Source: Azolla caroliniana (lineage: Eukaryota; Plantae; Polypodiophyta). Taken from it: a stretch of DNA of 64,000 nt. Location of the stretch: NCBI GenBank assembly GCA_043228905.1, contig JBHGNT010000012.1, positions 5,828,001-5,892,000 of the forward strand, in the 5' to 3' direction. The notes under the pieces were generated by a model. That model was not told the DNA's origin. It worked only from the letters and a program-made list of their open reading frames with translations, and did no database searches. This document shows positions 22,201 to 35,633 of this stretch, piece by piece. Made by a program: the position numbers and the translations under genes. How positions within the stretch are numbered: position 1 is the stretch's first letter; each line of letters opens with the position of its first letter.

Positions 22201-24933
22201 GTAGACGGTCGTCCAAACCGCCTCAGCCCAGTAGAAGTGGCGCATGCTTTTCTCCTCCAGCATTGACTTCGCATTTCTCCGACTTTGCATCCAACTTCCT
22301 CTACTTCTCATCCGGCACATGCACATATGCAATGCTACCAAATATCCGAAGGTGTCTAAAATTCGGCTTGCACCCGAAATATAGCTCATGCGCAGACACC
22401 TTGTCACCGATCCGGTTTTGGATGTAGACGGCCGTCCGGACCGCCTCAGCCCAGTAGAAGTGGTGCATGCTTTTCTCCTCCAGCATTGACCTTGCCGCGT
22501 CGACAATCGACCGGTTCTTCCTCTTGGCCACACCATTTTTCTCCGATGTGTATCTGCAGCTGAATTCTCTCCGAATTCTGTTCTGATGCAGATAATTGTT
22601 GAATTGGCTGGAAAAGTATTCTTTCCCGCCATCCCACCGCAGGCACTTGATCTTCCTATCTGTTTCCCATTTAACCAAGCTTTGAAGGTTCCAGAAACAC
22701 TCGAAGACTTCGCTCTTCCTCTTGATGAGGTAAATCCACGTGTGCCGGCTATAGTTGTCAATGAAGGAGACGAAATATTGACTCTCGCCAAGACTAACAT
22801 TTTGTGTTGGTTCCCATACATCCGAATGGATTAAATCGAGCTTGTTATGGCTCCGGTTTCAATCGGTGGGGAATGGAAGCCGGTGTGGCTTCCCAAGTTG
22901 GCAGGCTTCACAAATTTCAGCCTTCCAGCCACTGAACTTTGGCAAACCGAAAACAACTTGTTTCATTTGCAGGTCTTGAAGCCTCCGGTAATTGACATGG
23001 CCGATCCACTTGTGCTAGAGATCAATATACGATTCAATCTTCTGTCCTTTGGTGAACAAAGCGGTGCCGACGTCATTGGTGTCAAGGATGAACATCCTCC
23101 CATCTCTGCGCCCTTGCGCAATAATCTGGGCCTCTTCCTCGATGAAGCACCCAAGGTGCATAAACCGCACTTGCATTCCCTGGTCAACGATCTAACCGAC
23201 TGACACCAGTTCTTCGTGATAGTCGGAACATGTAATACATTTATCAGCTTCCCCCTCTGTTCGATGTGGCTCAAAGGGACTTCTCCGATATGCACGATTG
23301 GGTGAGGAGTGTCGTCTCCGGTTTCGACGACTCCCGGTTGTTCCGGTTTCTCCAAGAAGGAGAACCACTCTTTGTGGCTCGTCATGTGATTCGACGCATT
23401 GGAATCCATGTACCACACTTCCTCCGATTTGGAAGTGGTCTTCTTCATCAAGTTAGCCTCGTGTTTCATCACCAAGGCTGGCCCTTTACCGGATTTTTCG
23501 ATTTTGGATCCTCTCGATCCTTCTGTGTAGTGCGAGTATTGCCGGTTCTCTCTGCCGGCCTTGCCGGATCCGGATCTGTCCGAATTGGCACGCTTCTTCC
23601 AGCACTCGCTTTCTCTGTGGCCCTTTTTACCACATTACCAGCATTCCGTGTCGGCCTTCGGCGCCGCCTTGACTCCCCTTGCTTGTGGAGGGTCCGGAAC
23701 TGCTGTCGGCACGTTCTCTGTGCCTTCGGTCCTGGTCTTGTCGGCCGCTACCATTGCGAGCCGAGCCGCCTCGTCCACCACGCCCACGGGGCCGATCCGC
23801 CTCTGTGTACAACATCTGGCTGTTGGTAGGTGCACTTGTTGACGCACCGGCGTGATTCTCCTCTACAAGGAGCATCGACTATAAATTGAAAAATGACGGC
23901 GTGTTCTCTCTTGTACATACCGTCGTTCAGAACGCTCTGAACTTAGACGCTAGGCCTCCAAGATAGATTTGCACCATCTCATCTTCCGCTACAGTGACGT
24001 TGATAGAGGCAAGTGAGTCACAAATTTCTTTGATCCGGGCCGTGTAATCGGCTACCGACATGTCCTTCTGTCGGACATTGCTCAACTCCTGTCAGAGTTG
24101 CAGCTTCCAGGCCGTAGTGCTTACCGCGAAAACCTTCTTCAGGTTTCCCCAAGCTTCTTTTGGCGTCTTGGCATCTCGAACATGGCTCAGCAGTTGGTCT
24201 CCGACACTGGACACAAAATAGTACATCACTCTGCTTGCCGCTTGTTCCCACACTGGGAAGTCCTTGTGTGCCACATCAGGTGTTGTGTCGTTAGCTCCGT
24301 CGACATAGCTCCAGTAACCATGCCCAAGCAAGTATTGGTGCATCTTGTATGACCAAGATGTGTAGTTGGATTTGTCGAGTATCTCCACCGGGAGCGAGCT
24401 ACCCATTCCTCTGTCCATCACTTCTCTTTCTGTTCTTACCGAGTCTTAGGGTTTGTCTTCAGATGCTGATGTCAGCTGCAGAGGTCCTCAACCCTTGCTC
24501 TAATGCCATGTAAAGAATAGTGTGTGGAAGCAAGTAGAAAACCGAAGACAAAATAATACGCAGGTTTAATGGAGAGCTTGGATATACACAATACGCGGGA
24601 GAGACAGAGAAAGAGCAAAACAACTTAAATCTATTATCAACGATTCTATAAAATTCTCTGTACATACAACGTGCTCAATAGCACTATTTATACAAGTCCT
24701 AAGAGGACTGACAGAAGTACAGTGTACTTCAATGCTCACATGAACGTCTAACACTAACTACGAGACATTAACTACCTAGTAGTCTAGGCTGCTACTAGGC
24801 TTCCAGTTACTGCTTGATCCGGCTAACCGGCTCCCCAGCTCACCGGCTCACCGATCCAGCTCATCCTTTCGGATACCGATCCGGCTCAGGCTTATTCAGT
24901 TGATCCGGATCCGGTTGAGCTTGCCGCTCAACA
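19275..24933 (-). mobile_element. Copia element 'Copia-E' (same family as Copia-A), full length but decayed
   Basis: LTRs 19275-19565 and 24509-24933, PPT 19566-19578, iMet-like PBS 24497-24508, TSD GTAAG/ATAAG splitting the host motif MCTLPQGA; gag-PR-INT-RT-RH fragments. Confidence 0.92.
22048..22493. repeat. 223-bp tandem duplication in the Copia-E integrase
   Basis: 22048-22270 repeats as 22271-22493. Confidence 0.9.
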
Positions 24934-27900
24934 ATAAGGTACACATCCGCACAAGCCCAATCGGAGTTCTCATGGTCGTAATGTCACAACTGTCGATTGC
25001 CAATCGGAATTGGTCATATCCGGAGTAGAGATCGCCAATGGAGTAGATGGACCAGCCCGCAAACGCTTCGACAAATTCCTCCACGCTCAGACCGATTCCA
25101 GCATTTCAAATTGTCATCTTGTTGACGGGTTGAAGATCTTGGATGAATCGCAATGATCCATTCTTCTCCAGCACCGTGAACCACCTATTAGAATAGGGAG
25201 CATTCGACGGTTCCAAAATTCCCATATCCACCTTCTCCTTTAAGAGCTCGATCAGCTTTGGTAGGTGTCCTCTCGGAACCGTTATTGGTTTCAAATTCCA
25301 AGGTACGTGCGGCACCGTGAAGATCACCATCGGCTCTATTGTCCTTGGATAAGCACATCTGATTTCTTGTGGGAAAAATGCAAAAGCCTTCCCATGTCTC
25401 TCAAGCATGTCGTGAAACATTCACTCTTCTTCAGGGAAGAGGAAATTCTCCCTTCCAACTCGTAGCTTTCCCTTCATCTCTTTGGTGAAGACATGACCTA
25501 TTGCCTTCGGATCCCTTAAGCTTGGATCATTAGCGACTTCCTTCATCTTTTGCCAGCTATCTTCTGGTAGCGGAACCACAACTAGCTTGATCTTCTTATC
25601 CACCGTTTTATATTTTGTGTTGATGTCAGCTTCCTTCATCAAGATGTTTTGATGATATTCATCGATGATAGCGTACATTTTGATGGAGTTAACTGAAATC
25701 ACGTGTTGATTGTGAAGATAGCTCAAGTCCACGACTTCCTCGATTTCGCCGATGGTGTCGTTAAATGAGGCTTCTTCCATAATATGAGTCACGAACTCTT
25801 CTTCTTCTATTATGTTTTCTTCTTTCAACATCTTCTCGAAGTCTTGTATCCGACGCTTGTCCTTCTGGTCGGGTAGTACTGGTTTACATGTGCCACTAGG
25901 TGTGTGACACTTGTTGCTTCTCCTCGCAATCCACGTGCTCTATTTTCTTGTGGAGACTTGTGATTATTCGGACTATTTCTGCCCCATGCTCCAATAGTCC
26001 GCTCTTAAAATCCGGGGATTCACCTCCAAGACTATCTCGATTTCTTTCATGATTAGCTCACACCGTTAGGAATTGAACAGATCTTTGATTGTCAAGATTC
26101 TTGATACGCGTGAAGGCTGCTCCATTATCGAACACCTTGGTCTCCATCCGGGATGATGTGATATACGGTTGTCCTAGGATGACAGGATGTGACATCGATT
26201 CTTGCACGAAGAAGTGTTGATCCATCTCCAAATCCCCAATCGTGACTTTAACATTGGGACAAGCTCCGTACAAGTCCTCTGTAGACTTTGTTGCCACTCG
26301 AATCTTCCATCCGTGGTTTGTATTGATTGGCCATCTTCCTTTTTTGTAGAACTTGGTTGACATGAGGTTGATCTCTGAGCCATGGTCGATCAAGGCTACC
26401 GCGGTCTCTTTCTTCTCCCCGATCTTCACCGGTGTCTCCATTGTTGCTCGTGCCCAATGAGGTCGAGTATAGTGGTTGTCCACCATATCTTCATCGACTT
26501 CGTCTCTTGCCATTGTTATGGCATTTGTTTTTGCTCTTTGTGGCTTCTCTTCTTCCTCGTCCGATTGTTGCCTCTTTCTTTTTACAAGGTCCACGATCGT
26601 GTCATGGAACTCCTTCTTTGTAATGACGAGTAGTTCCCTCAAGGACAAAGTCACGTGGGTATCAAGAACGCGTTCCTCGAGAATCTTCTTCAGGTCTGTC
26701 GTCTGCTCTATGTCTGACTTTAGCTTATAGGTAGGCATAGTCCTTGTCTTTCAAGCGGTGTCTTCGACACCAATCTTCACGGGCCGAACCGTTTCTTCGA
26801 CTTCGCTTTTCGGCTAGCGTCTCCTTCCTCCATTTGTAAAGATCGACTCGTTTATGCATCTTCTTTCTTTTTCGTGTTCCTTGTTTCATGTCTTTTTTAT
26901 GGGCCTTGCTCTTCTATTCTTTTTCTCTTTTCTTCGACGAACACCTCGTGGTTGTTGCACATCACTTCCGTGAGTATGGTGTTGTCATCCACCGAATCCG
27001 ACCACCCGGTTATGCTTTGCACGCTTCGGTCCGCAAGCTCTACCTCGTTCAATGTGACCTTCCCCATCTTCTCATACTCGAGAACGGAAGACCAAAACTT
27101 TGCTCCCACTTTCGCAGCTTCATTTTTGTCTTTCCCGACTCTTATTCCAGCCGTTGCAGCATAGTGCATCGCATCCACATGAGTCGTTTTAGCATCTTCC
27201 ATAGATTTCTTCATTCCCCCTCTTCCAAAATTCACCCGCATGGGTCTTCGAGTTTCAGTCGAGCAGATCATGTCGTCATCCATGTATGCGATATTTTGTC
27301 GGATTGCCTCTCGAAGGCTCACGCAATCCCTTCTCATGTGGTCCATGTTATCGCACCACACACATCTAAAGGGTTCTTTTCCTTTGGGGCCCCGACAATT
27401 CATGTTGGCTAGCGTGACCATCTTGAACTTCTTCGCTAGATCTTCGATGATGTCATCATCAATCTTCTTTTCTTCCAGGCTGCTTTGTTTGGGCGGCTCA
27501 ACTACTTTCGGTTGTCTTGTTTTCTCCGCGACAGTCGATCCCGCCAAGTCGGTGTCATCAACCCATTGACGACGCTTGTCAAGCCTATTGCATGCTCGCT
27601 TCACCGCAACCCAGTCCGCCACAAGCCCGTTCGCTTGGGTATCATCTTCGAGGAGAGTACCCAGTTCTCGTCTATCCTTTATATCCACAGCCTTTAGGAA
27701 GTACAAAGTTTTGTCCTCCTCAAGTACCACTTGGTCTGTGGCGGGGAGAAGACGAAACATTTGGTCGAATTCATCGTACACCCTCGAGGCCCTCATCTTC
27801 TTATTTTTCTTCTCTATCCACCTCATCAAGGCATGTCGAGTCATCCTTGACAAATCTTCTGTCGCAAACTCTGCTAATATCGCGTTCTCGAACTCCGACC

Positions 27901-28261
27901 ACGTTGTCTTCCCTTCTTGAAGTTTGATGATGCGCCTTTGGATGTTGTTGGCGACCACTCTCTTGAAACTTGTGATTTGACGCTCTTCAGACACGTCCCT
28001 CTAATTCATCTCCCTTTTGTATGCATCAAGGAACTTCGTAATGTTCCTTACGTCAAATTGACCCTCGAGCTCCATGACACGGTCGACGGCCTTCTCCACG
28101 CTCGCATCATTGTCTCGAGATCTCATCATTTGTTCGAAGAACAACATCATCCTTTCGAACTCTCCCGCTTGGTTGCTTGAGGATGCCATTTCCAAGTAGT
28201 AGTTGATCCTTGATTTGATCCTTCTTGCCACCTCTTTCACATCGGGTTCACCACTTAATTA

Positions 28262-28817
28262 TGTCGTGAAGATCTGTCACTAGGCGCAGATCGTGAGGCA
28301 GAACCACCGGGGTTCTAGACCGGAAGGATTCAAAGTTTGCACTAACTTTAGTGAGAAAGGATTTAAGTTAGATTAAAAGAGAGAGAGATTTAAACGCTTG
28401 ACTTTGGGTCGAGAGAGATTGATATGGTGTGAGAGAGATAGAGAGAGATTAAGATTGGACCCTTGACTTTAGATTTAAGAAACAAGATACACCATCAATT
28501 GGAGAACGAAATTTTCTTCTTCTTCAATTCTTGAATAATACATAGCATCCTTTTGATCTTTTTCATCCACCCTTTTATATATGCTCCCATGCATATGATG
28601 CATGTGAGGGTACAAGACATGCATACAATGCATGGTTGCCATTTGGCGTTCATGCATCACATGTCACTCAATGAAGCTCTAATATGAGAATTTACATGTA
28701 AAACTATAATGATGGGAAAAAACATTTTTAAGGAAATGACATAGCCTCGTGGTAAGTCTATTGACTCTCAACTTGGAGGTGCAAGGATTAAATGTTCATT
28801 TGCACTCCTTTTGAATA

Positions 28818-28880
<63 letters not shown>

Positions 28881-29444
28881 ATTATTATTATATATATATT
28901 ACAAGGCGTTTCTCCGTCTTGTCGTCATCTCCCTGGCTCCGTTGGTCGCCGTCACAAGATGATGCCGGATGCCGGTTGCGAGATCCATCTCCGTCGTCGA
29001 ATGATGTCGAATGCCGCTGGTTGCCGGATGCCATTGTCGGATCCGTCCAAAACACATAGTTTATGCATTTGGCTACATCCATTGTTAAGTCATACAACTT
29101 AACCTTTCTATGCTCCACACATAACACAAAGATAATAGCTTTTGCTCTGCCTTATATATGGTGGGATCCTTATTTATCTTGTCTATGTGGGATATCACAT
29201 TGTTTTATTTTTCTCTTCTTCTTTGCAAACTTCATACCCACAGAACTTGACACTTAGATGTTTGTTTCCTACGTAGTAAAGTGCATTCCAAAGCTCTTCA
29301 AGACCTCTATCTATTTGTACCAAGATATTAAACTTATTTAAATAGTATCTTCACTATTATTGTTTTATATTTCATGAGAAGAACCACACTCGATTTCGTA
29401 TATTCTTCACAAGTTTCACACTATTGCCGAAAATCTTCACGACA
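28262..29444 (-). repeat. Gypsy-2 5' LTR containing a (GT)n microsatellite
   Basis: TGTCGTGAAG...CTTCACGACA; (GT)n at about 28822-28878. Confidence 0.92.
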
Positions 29445-32400
29445 CTGGAATATATTCACCAAATATCTCCATTATGATCCTTTGGAACGTCGTCGGTGCG
29501 GTTTTAGTCCAAACATCATTACTACTGCCATGAAAACACCCCATTCTATCACAAATGCCATCTTTTCTTGATCATCCGGATCTTATTGTATCCGTTAAAA
29601 CCATCCAAGAAGTTGTACACCTCGTGACCAACCACTGCATCTAATACTCCATCTGTGAAGGGAAACGGAAATGCATCAGTTGTTATGGCTCCATTCAATT
29701 TTCGGTAATCTACACAAACTCGGATCTTTCCATCTAGCAGCGTCTTTGGGTTACCGATTTCGCGTCCTTATTGAGATGGATCTGGTGTTGGTGCAATTTC
29801 GGATCTAGCCCCCTCATATCCTCGTACAACCAGGCGAATACGTCTTTAAATTCTTTCAGTAATCCGACCATTGTTGTCTTCTCCTCCAGTGGCATCTCCT
29901 TCACCACGTTTACTGGTCGTGGTTCCTTGATCGTGTTGAGATTGACTTCCTCCAGCGTTAATGCTTTTACGCACTACGAAATGGCCATTTCCTTCTCCAA
30001 AGCTTCCTACGCTTGCTGGAGTTCCCCGATAGCCTCCTGATTTGGCTCGTTAGTTATATAAGGCGCGACTGCCTCTATACATCTATCTCGAACAACGGAA
30101 CTATCTTGGGATCCTCTTCTAAGTATCGGTCCACTTCCTCATCAGCCAATCCATCCAACATATTGATTCCTTCTGCATACAAGGGCGTCAAACGCTTGAT
30201 TGTACCAGCCCGTTCCTATGTCGACACCCAGACCTTAGTTTTGTCGCGCCGAAAACTAATCATGTTTTTCTACCAATTTTGCTTGATGTGTGTCATCTTT
30301 AACCAAGGTCGGCCTAGCAGTAAAGGGTACGCTCCTGGGGTGCTCAATTGTAAGACTACGGCTGAAATCTGGAACGCATGTCCCCCGATGGTGACCTCCA
30401 AATCCCAGATAAGTCTGGTCGGTCAAATTGAGCTTGTGTCTGCCATTCGCAACCAGAATGGGCACGGTTCCCATTCCTAGATCCCTAGTTTATCGCATGT
30501 CCTTTTGCTAATTACGTTCATGTTGGACCCTCCATCGATAATCGTGTCGGGTACTTCTCTTCCTTTGATAATTACCATCACCGCCAAACTGTTCTCATTG
30601 ACCATAGTCGGCCCTTCACTTGGGTTTGTGAAATAGTTGGTGTCGTTGCTGGATTTGGTGGTGCCAGTGCCGATTTCAGACCTTCGGTGAAACGGGGCAC
30701 TAATTGTAGTAATCGGCCAACCGGCAACATGATTTGGCATTGTGTCAGTGCCTCCCACGCTAGGTCCTCTTCTACGATGCCACCTTCTTCGTCCGGCCTA
30801 TCGCACCCATTCCGTGGCCGCCTTCTGGACCGCTTCATGTGCCTCCCATTCTACAGTTTTCCCCTTCGATCGGGTCGTGACTTGGTGTACATCGGTGACT
30901 TTGGCTAAAACCATATTTATCGCCAACTGTTTTTCCTTCATCTTGACCATGCACTAGCTATTGTAGTGCCCTTCTTGTCGCCTTTTTCTTCGCCTGTCAG
31001 TTGCATACCATGTGCCATCTGATTGATTTCTTTTGGTCCTCATTGCTCTAGATGTGCTACTACTTTGCTTGTGTTAGGCCCCTCGCGATACTCTTGTTCC
31101 ATGTCCCGACGCTGATTTCTCTGATTGTAATTCCCATGTCAGTGGTTCTGATTGCGACGTTGGTTATGGTATCCCTGCTTGTCCGGGTACCTTCGTTCTG
31201 CTCCTCTTCTCCAATCATATTCCAAAGAGTAGTCTATTGTATCGATTCCCGGGGTACTTGTTCCTCCTTCAGTCATCGTACCGGTATCATCCCTCCGATT
31301 TGTATCGGTCCTCTCTCCAGAACCGATCATCTTTTGGCCTTCATTCTTCTCGGGGCTCTATCTGCCTTACCAGCGCTTCCTGTCGATTTAGTAGGTTATA
31401 TTCCCACCGGTCCATGGTATGTGCCCTTGAGTGGCACAACAAACATTGTGTTCGCACGATGCACTCCAAGGTGGAATGGTCGGGGTTTAGGCACGTTGTA
31501 CATTGGACTGCTTGACGGAACTGAAGGTCCTCCTCCCTGGGCAATGCACGTTGTAAGGCTCCCATTGCCACGTGATTTCCGTTCTGGACCTGATCCATGT
31601 CAAGCACCTAGTCGATTACCTAATCTATTGTACTTGTCCAAAAATCCAAAACTGCCAACATGGTTCGAATTGGCTCACGTAAAGCCTCATCCTCCGGTGG
31701 TGCCCGCGTCAATTGGCTGTAATGATTCTGAAATCGGATAATAAACTATGGTATTGTTTCATGTGCTTCTTGGTAGGTGGTATAAAATCTTCCGACTAAT
31801 TCTCTTTGCGCCACCTGCCGATGGAACAACCGCACGAACTTATCCCGCAGGTCTTGGAATGTGGCGAAACTTCCTAGGTTATGTTGTGGATGCCATCTCG
31901 CAGTGGGTCCTTCCAGTGATAACCCAAACTCTGCAATTTTTTATCTCTCTACTTCTGCTTCCGTCAGCCATTGGGAAACGTGGTTGGCCTCCCACGTCGT
32001 TAGAAATGCGCAGACGTGTGCCTCCATGTCTGGCTCATCCTAGTACTGTGGATATGGATATGGCATGTTGTCTTCTTTGTTGGGACGGTCTATCGGGTCT
32101 GGTGGTAGTGGTTCTGGTATGGCTTCATCTTCCGGTGGTTGTACTGGAATCACTTCCTCTACCGGCGATGTTGGAACCGGAATTACTTGTTCCGTTGGGG
32201 GTGTCAGTGTCGTAGTGTCCAACTCCGGTGTTGGTGTGTGCTCGGGTTGGTCTTCCTCCGACTCTTCTGGAGTATCATGGTTGGATCTATAATTGGACTG
32301 AACGCTCCACTCGTCTTTCATGTCGTTGTCTGATCCCGACTCGAATGCTGAAAAGGTCTCCAAATTACCGGCTCCTGTTGCTAAAGTCTGCAATACCGAT

Positions 32401-33166
32401 TCGGCGTCAATCAAACTCGTAAGGTTGCATCCTTCGTTTGAGTGGCGTTGATTTTGTATCCAGACTGTTTCTCTCACAACCCATCGAAGCACTCTGGGAA
32501 AAGACTGATCCTGTCGGATCTCTTTTGCCGCTTGCTGGTAGGCTTCCCACCTCCATAGTCTGTCGGTTAGTCTTCTCACTCATTCAGCTATTGGGTCATT
32601 CGTCTGTCTAGACATCCATCCCCCAATGTTCCCTGCTCTGTGCAGAAATCGTGATCGCCAAAATTGTGTTACTCCTGGGCTGGACTAGCCGCAAACACAA
32701 GGTATCCCATTCCAGAATACTTATCCAAAGGGTTGGTCAGAGATATGGATCAGAATGCTTCACTGATACACTTATAAATATCTGGTTACTTTCCGAAATA
32801 CACACACTATATCCGACACTCAATTACACGTGTAAGATCACAATATATAGCACAGACGACAAAGTACACAAGATAGACAACAAGATAAACAATTAACTAT
32901 ATTACTCGCATTACTTTCGTTAATCATACATAAATCTGGATCCTTTATATAGGCATCTGGTAAGGTTACAAAACGGTGCCTCATCCGGCTACCCGATTAG
33001 AGAATGATGCGGATCCAGATCGGTACAACTATCTGCATCTGTCATTTCCTTAATCTAAATTATATATAATATTCTATTATCCTCTGGCTTTATCCCTTTC
33101 TGGTTCACACCTTCGCCTCCGGATCATACCTTATTTTAGGCCAACACATGGCACACCCGTGGGACA
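29445..33166 (-). mobile_element. Old gypsy 'Gypsy-H', right part (5' LTR, gag, PR, RT N-terminus)
   Basis: RT FPFPFTDGVLD...FLDGF, protease IIDGGS, tandem zinc knuckles CTTCLNPDH/CLLCHSRAH, PBS TGGCGATCACGAT (tRNA-Arg-like) at 32648-32660; LTR starts about 32667, outer end uncertain. Confidence 0.75.
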
Positions 33167-33198
33167 TTGCATTGCACGTCGAACCTACGGGTCGGGTC

Positions 33199-33676
33199 TA
33201 ACAATCGGCAACAGTTCGGTTCGGTTTGAGAGGGTCTAAACCAAACCGTTTATTTTTTTTTTAAACCTGAACCAAACTGTGAAACCGTTAAACATTTTTC
33301 AAACCGTAAAAACCATGGTTTCATGGTTCGGTTTTGGTTTTCAACATAGGTCAAATTTTTAATTTTTAATTTTTTAAAATTTATAATATTTCATTTTTAA
33401 AAATTTTTAAGATGTTCCTAAAATGTGAAAATAAGGTCTAAAAATAAAAAGATTGTTTAAAAACAATTTTTAAAACTTTTTAAAATTTTTACAATTTTTA
33501 AAAATAAAAAATAAAAAATAAAAAACCGTTAAACCGTTTAAACCGTGGTTTTTTACTAATGAAACCGAACCGAACCATTTTTAAAAACCTAAACCTGAAC
33601 CAAACCAAACCGTTAAGTCATTAAATTGCGGTTTCGCGGTTCGGTTCAGTTCAAACTGAACCGTTGCCGATTGTTA
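33199..33676. mobile_element. hAT-type MITE, copy 1
   Basis: TIR TAACAATCGGCAAC...GTTGCCGATTGTTA, AACCG/CGGTT subterminal repeats, AT-rich core, imperfect 8-bp TSD GTCGGGTC/GTCAGCTC. Confidence 0.85.
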
Positions 33677-34364
33677 GTCAGCTCCCTTACTCCTTGTCGA
33701 GTATGTCCAAGATGCTTTGGTCCAATGGTTCCAGCAGCTCTTCCACAATCCCCATCTACTGGTTGTATCTCCGGCTCTAACTGCTTCACTTGGGACTCTG
33801 GCTGCTTCTCTTATGTCTTCGGCTCTAGTTCCATTCCCTTCGTCTCTGTCTGTGTCGTCGTCTGCGTCTCTGGCTCTGGATCCGGATGTTGTTGTGTCGA
33901 GGTCCCCAAATAGTGTTTTAGGTTTTAGGGTTAGGGTTGATGATAATGAAGATGGGAAATGGTTAGCGATAATGGATCGATGATGAACGTAGATGATGAT
34001 GAGATATTGTTGGGTTGAGAATCATTGCGGGTTGGGGGGAGGTGCCTAGAATGTCTCCACCCCCCCTCCCAAGGGGGTTCAACGTAAGGGAGGGAGAGAG
34101 AAAGATAGAGACTTCAAGAGAGAGAGATTAAGAGAGAACTCATTCCTTGTTTCATTCATTCCCCATAAGGGGGTTAAATAGTTACAAGAGCAATAGATAC
34201 ATAGGAGTGCAAGTCCCCTTGGCCATTCACACTAATCACTTACTCACACCTCTTCTTATCTGTCCACATGCACACGTATGTGCATGTGTTCACATACATA
34301 TCTACTCATACTCACAATTACACTTGTGCACATTTACACGCATAATCACATACATACAACAACA
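33677..34364 (-). mobile_element. Probable 5' end (LTR plus leader or gag start) of another old LTR element
   Basis: TG...CA-bounded segment about 34052-34364 with GA-rich and TATA-like layout; no diagnostic protein motif. Confidence 0.3.
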
Positions 34365-35633
34365 TTAAGTTTCTTCACCCTCACTCAACTCTTTGTACAT
34401 CTCGTACGGTAACATTAACAATCATTATGCATGTGTAAAAATTTGTGCATGTGCATATGTAGGAGACAAGTTAAGGAGAAGTCTTACTTGGCAATAGAGG
34501 AGGAGAGCTTGGTGTCAACTTGTTGTGCCGCTTCTTGTTGATGGTTGGAGCGTATCTTCTTATAAAAAGGAGGATTTCATAATCCCCTATTTATTTTTCT
34601 TTTTTTTAAATAAAAAAAAGTGTCACACAATGACGTGCTTTAGGCACATTGTTGTGCTAGAGTTTGCCTCTCACAACCCCTTCACAAGGCGTCTCAAGAC
34701 ACACAAATCATTATACTACATGCACCATAATGACATGAATGATATCAAGAAAGAACATAAGCACAACATGGAAATGAGTGAGCATATCAAAGAAAATCAA
34801 TGATGATAGATTAGAGGAGGAGATCATCAATGGTAGATCAACGGATTGATAATATTATGTAGATATAAAGGCTCATTACATGAATAATCCTCTAAGTACA
34901 AGAAAGATGAGATTGAAAGTAACAAAGAGATGTATCTATGAGAGGAAAAGGATATGATCCAAAAGTGCATTCCGAAGAGGGAGAGATTACAGAATCTTCC
35001 AATATTTGAAGTGTGGTCTCTGAACCTCTATCACACACACACTCATATACAAAAGTGGGCTTAATTATGCATGCACACATGTAACACTTCTACAACTTCC
35101 TCTTGCATGCCAAAAGGAGTTCATCGATTTCACGCACTTATATGGTTGAATGATCCATAGTATGAACCATACATGCATTCGAGTATGGTAAACACTCTCG
35201 AAGTATGATAAATACCATACTTTTGAATTCATTATTTACTATAAGGTAAGAAAGTTTAGGTAAAAAATGTAAAAAAAGAACATAATAATGTTTTGATAAT
35301 ATACGCATTCGTTTGCATTCGAGCATATTACGTACTATGGAAAATTAAGGTAAATTAAGGTAAGAAGACTAAGGTAAAAAATGTAAAAAAACATGCATTA
35401 TTTATTATAAGGTAAGAAAATTAAGGTAAAAAGTGTTAAAAAAAACATAAGAACGTTTTCATAACATACGCATTAGTTTGCATTCGTATGAAAAAAGAAT
35501 GTTGGCATTCGAGTATATTACATACTATGGAACTTGAATCTATCCTCCACATAGTCTGCAAAGTTTTTGTAAGTCAAGTTAGCCATCACTCAAGGCTATC
35601 ACTTAACTAAATCCAATGTTTCCTTGAAAAGTT

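Larger units (their letters stand above)
16652..29444 (-). mobile_element. Phygy-like gypsy 'Gypsy-2', decayed, integrase core deleted, hosts Copia-E
   Basis: LTRs 16652-17727 and 28262-29444, PPT 17728-17742, tRNA-Trp PBS 28236-28253, 4-bp TSD CCGG/CTGG; gag, PR, RT and RH pieces homologous to Gypsy-1. Confidence 0.92.

Noticed and set aside
31052-32215. Hydrophobic plus-strand ORFs suggesting an env-like gene
   Set aside because: Antisense to the Gypsy-H gag region; the hydrophobicity follows from the purine-rich opposite strand
33916-33939. TTTAGGG-like repeats
   Set aside because: Only about three degenerate units, too short for an interstitial telomere
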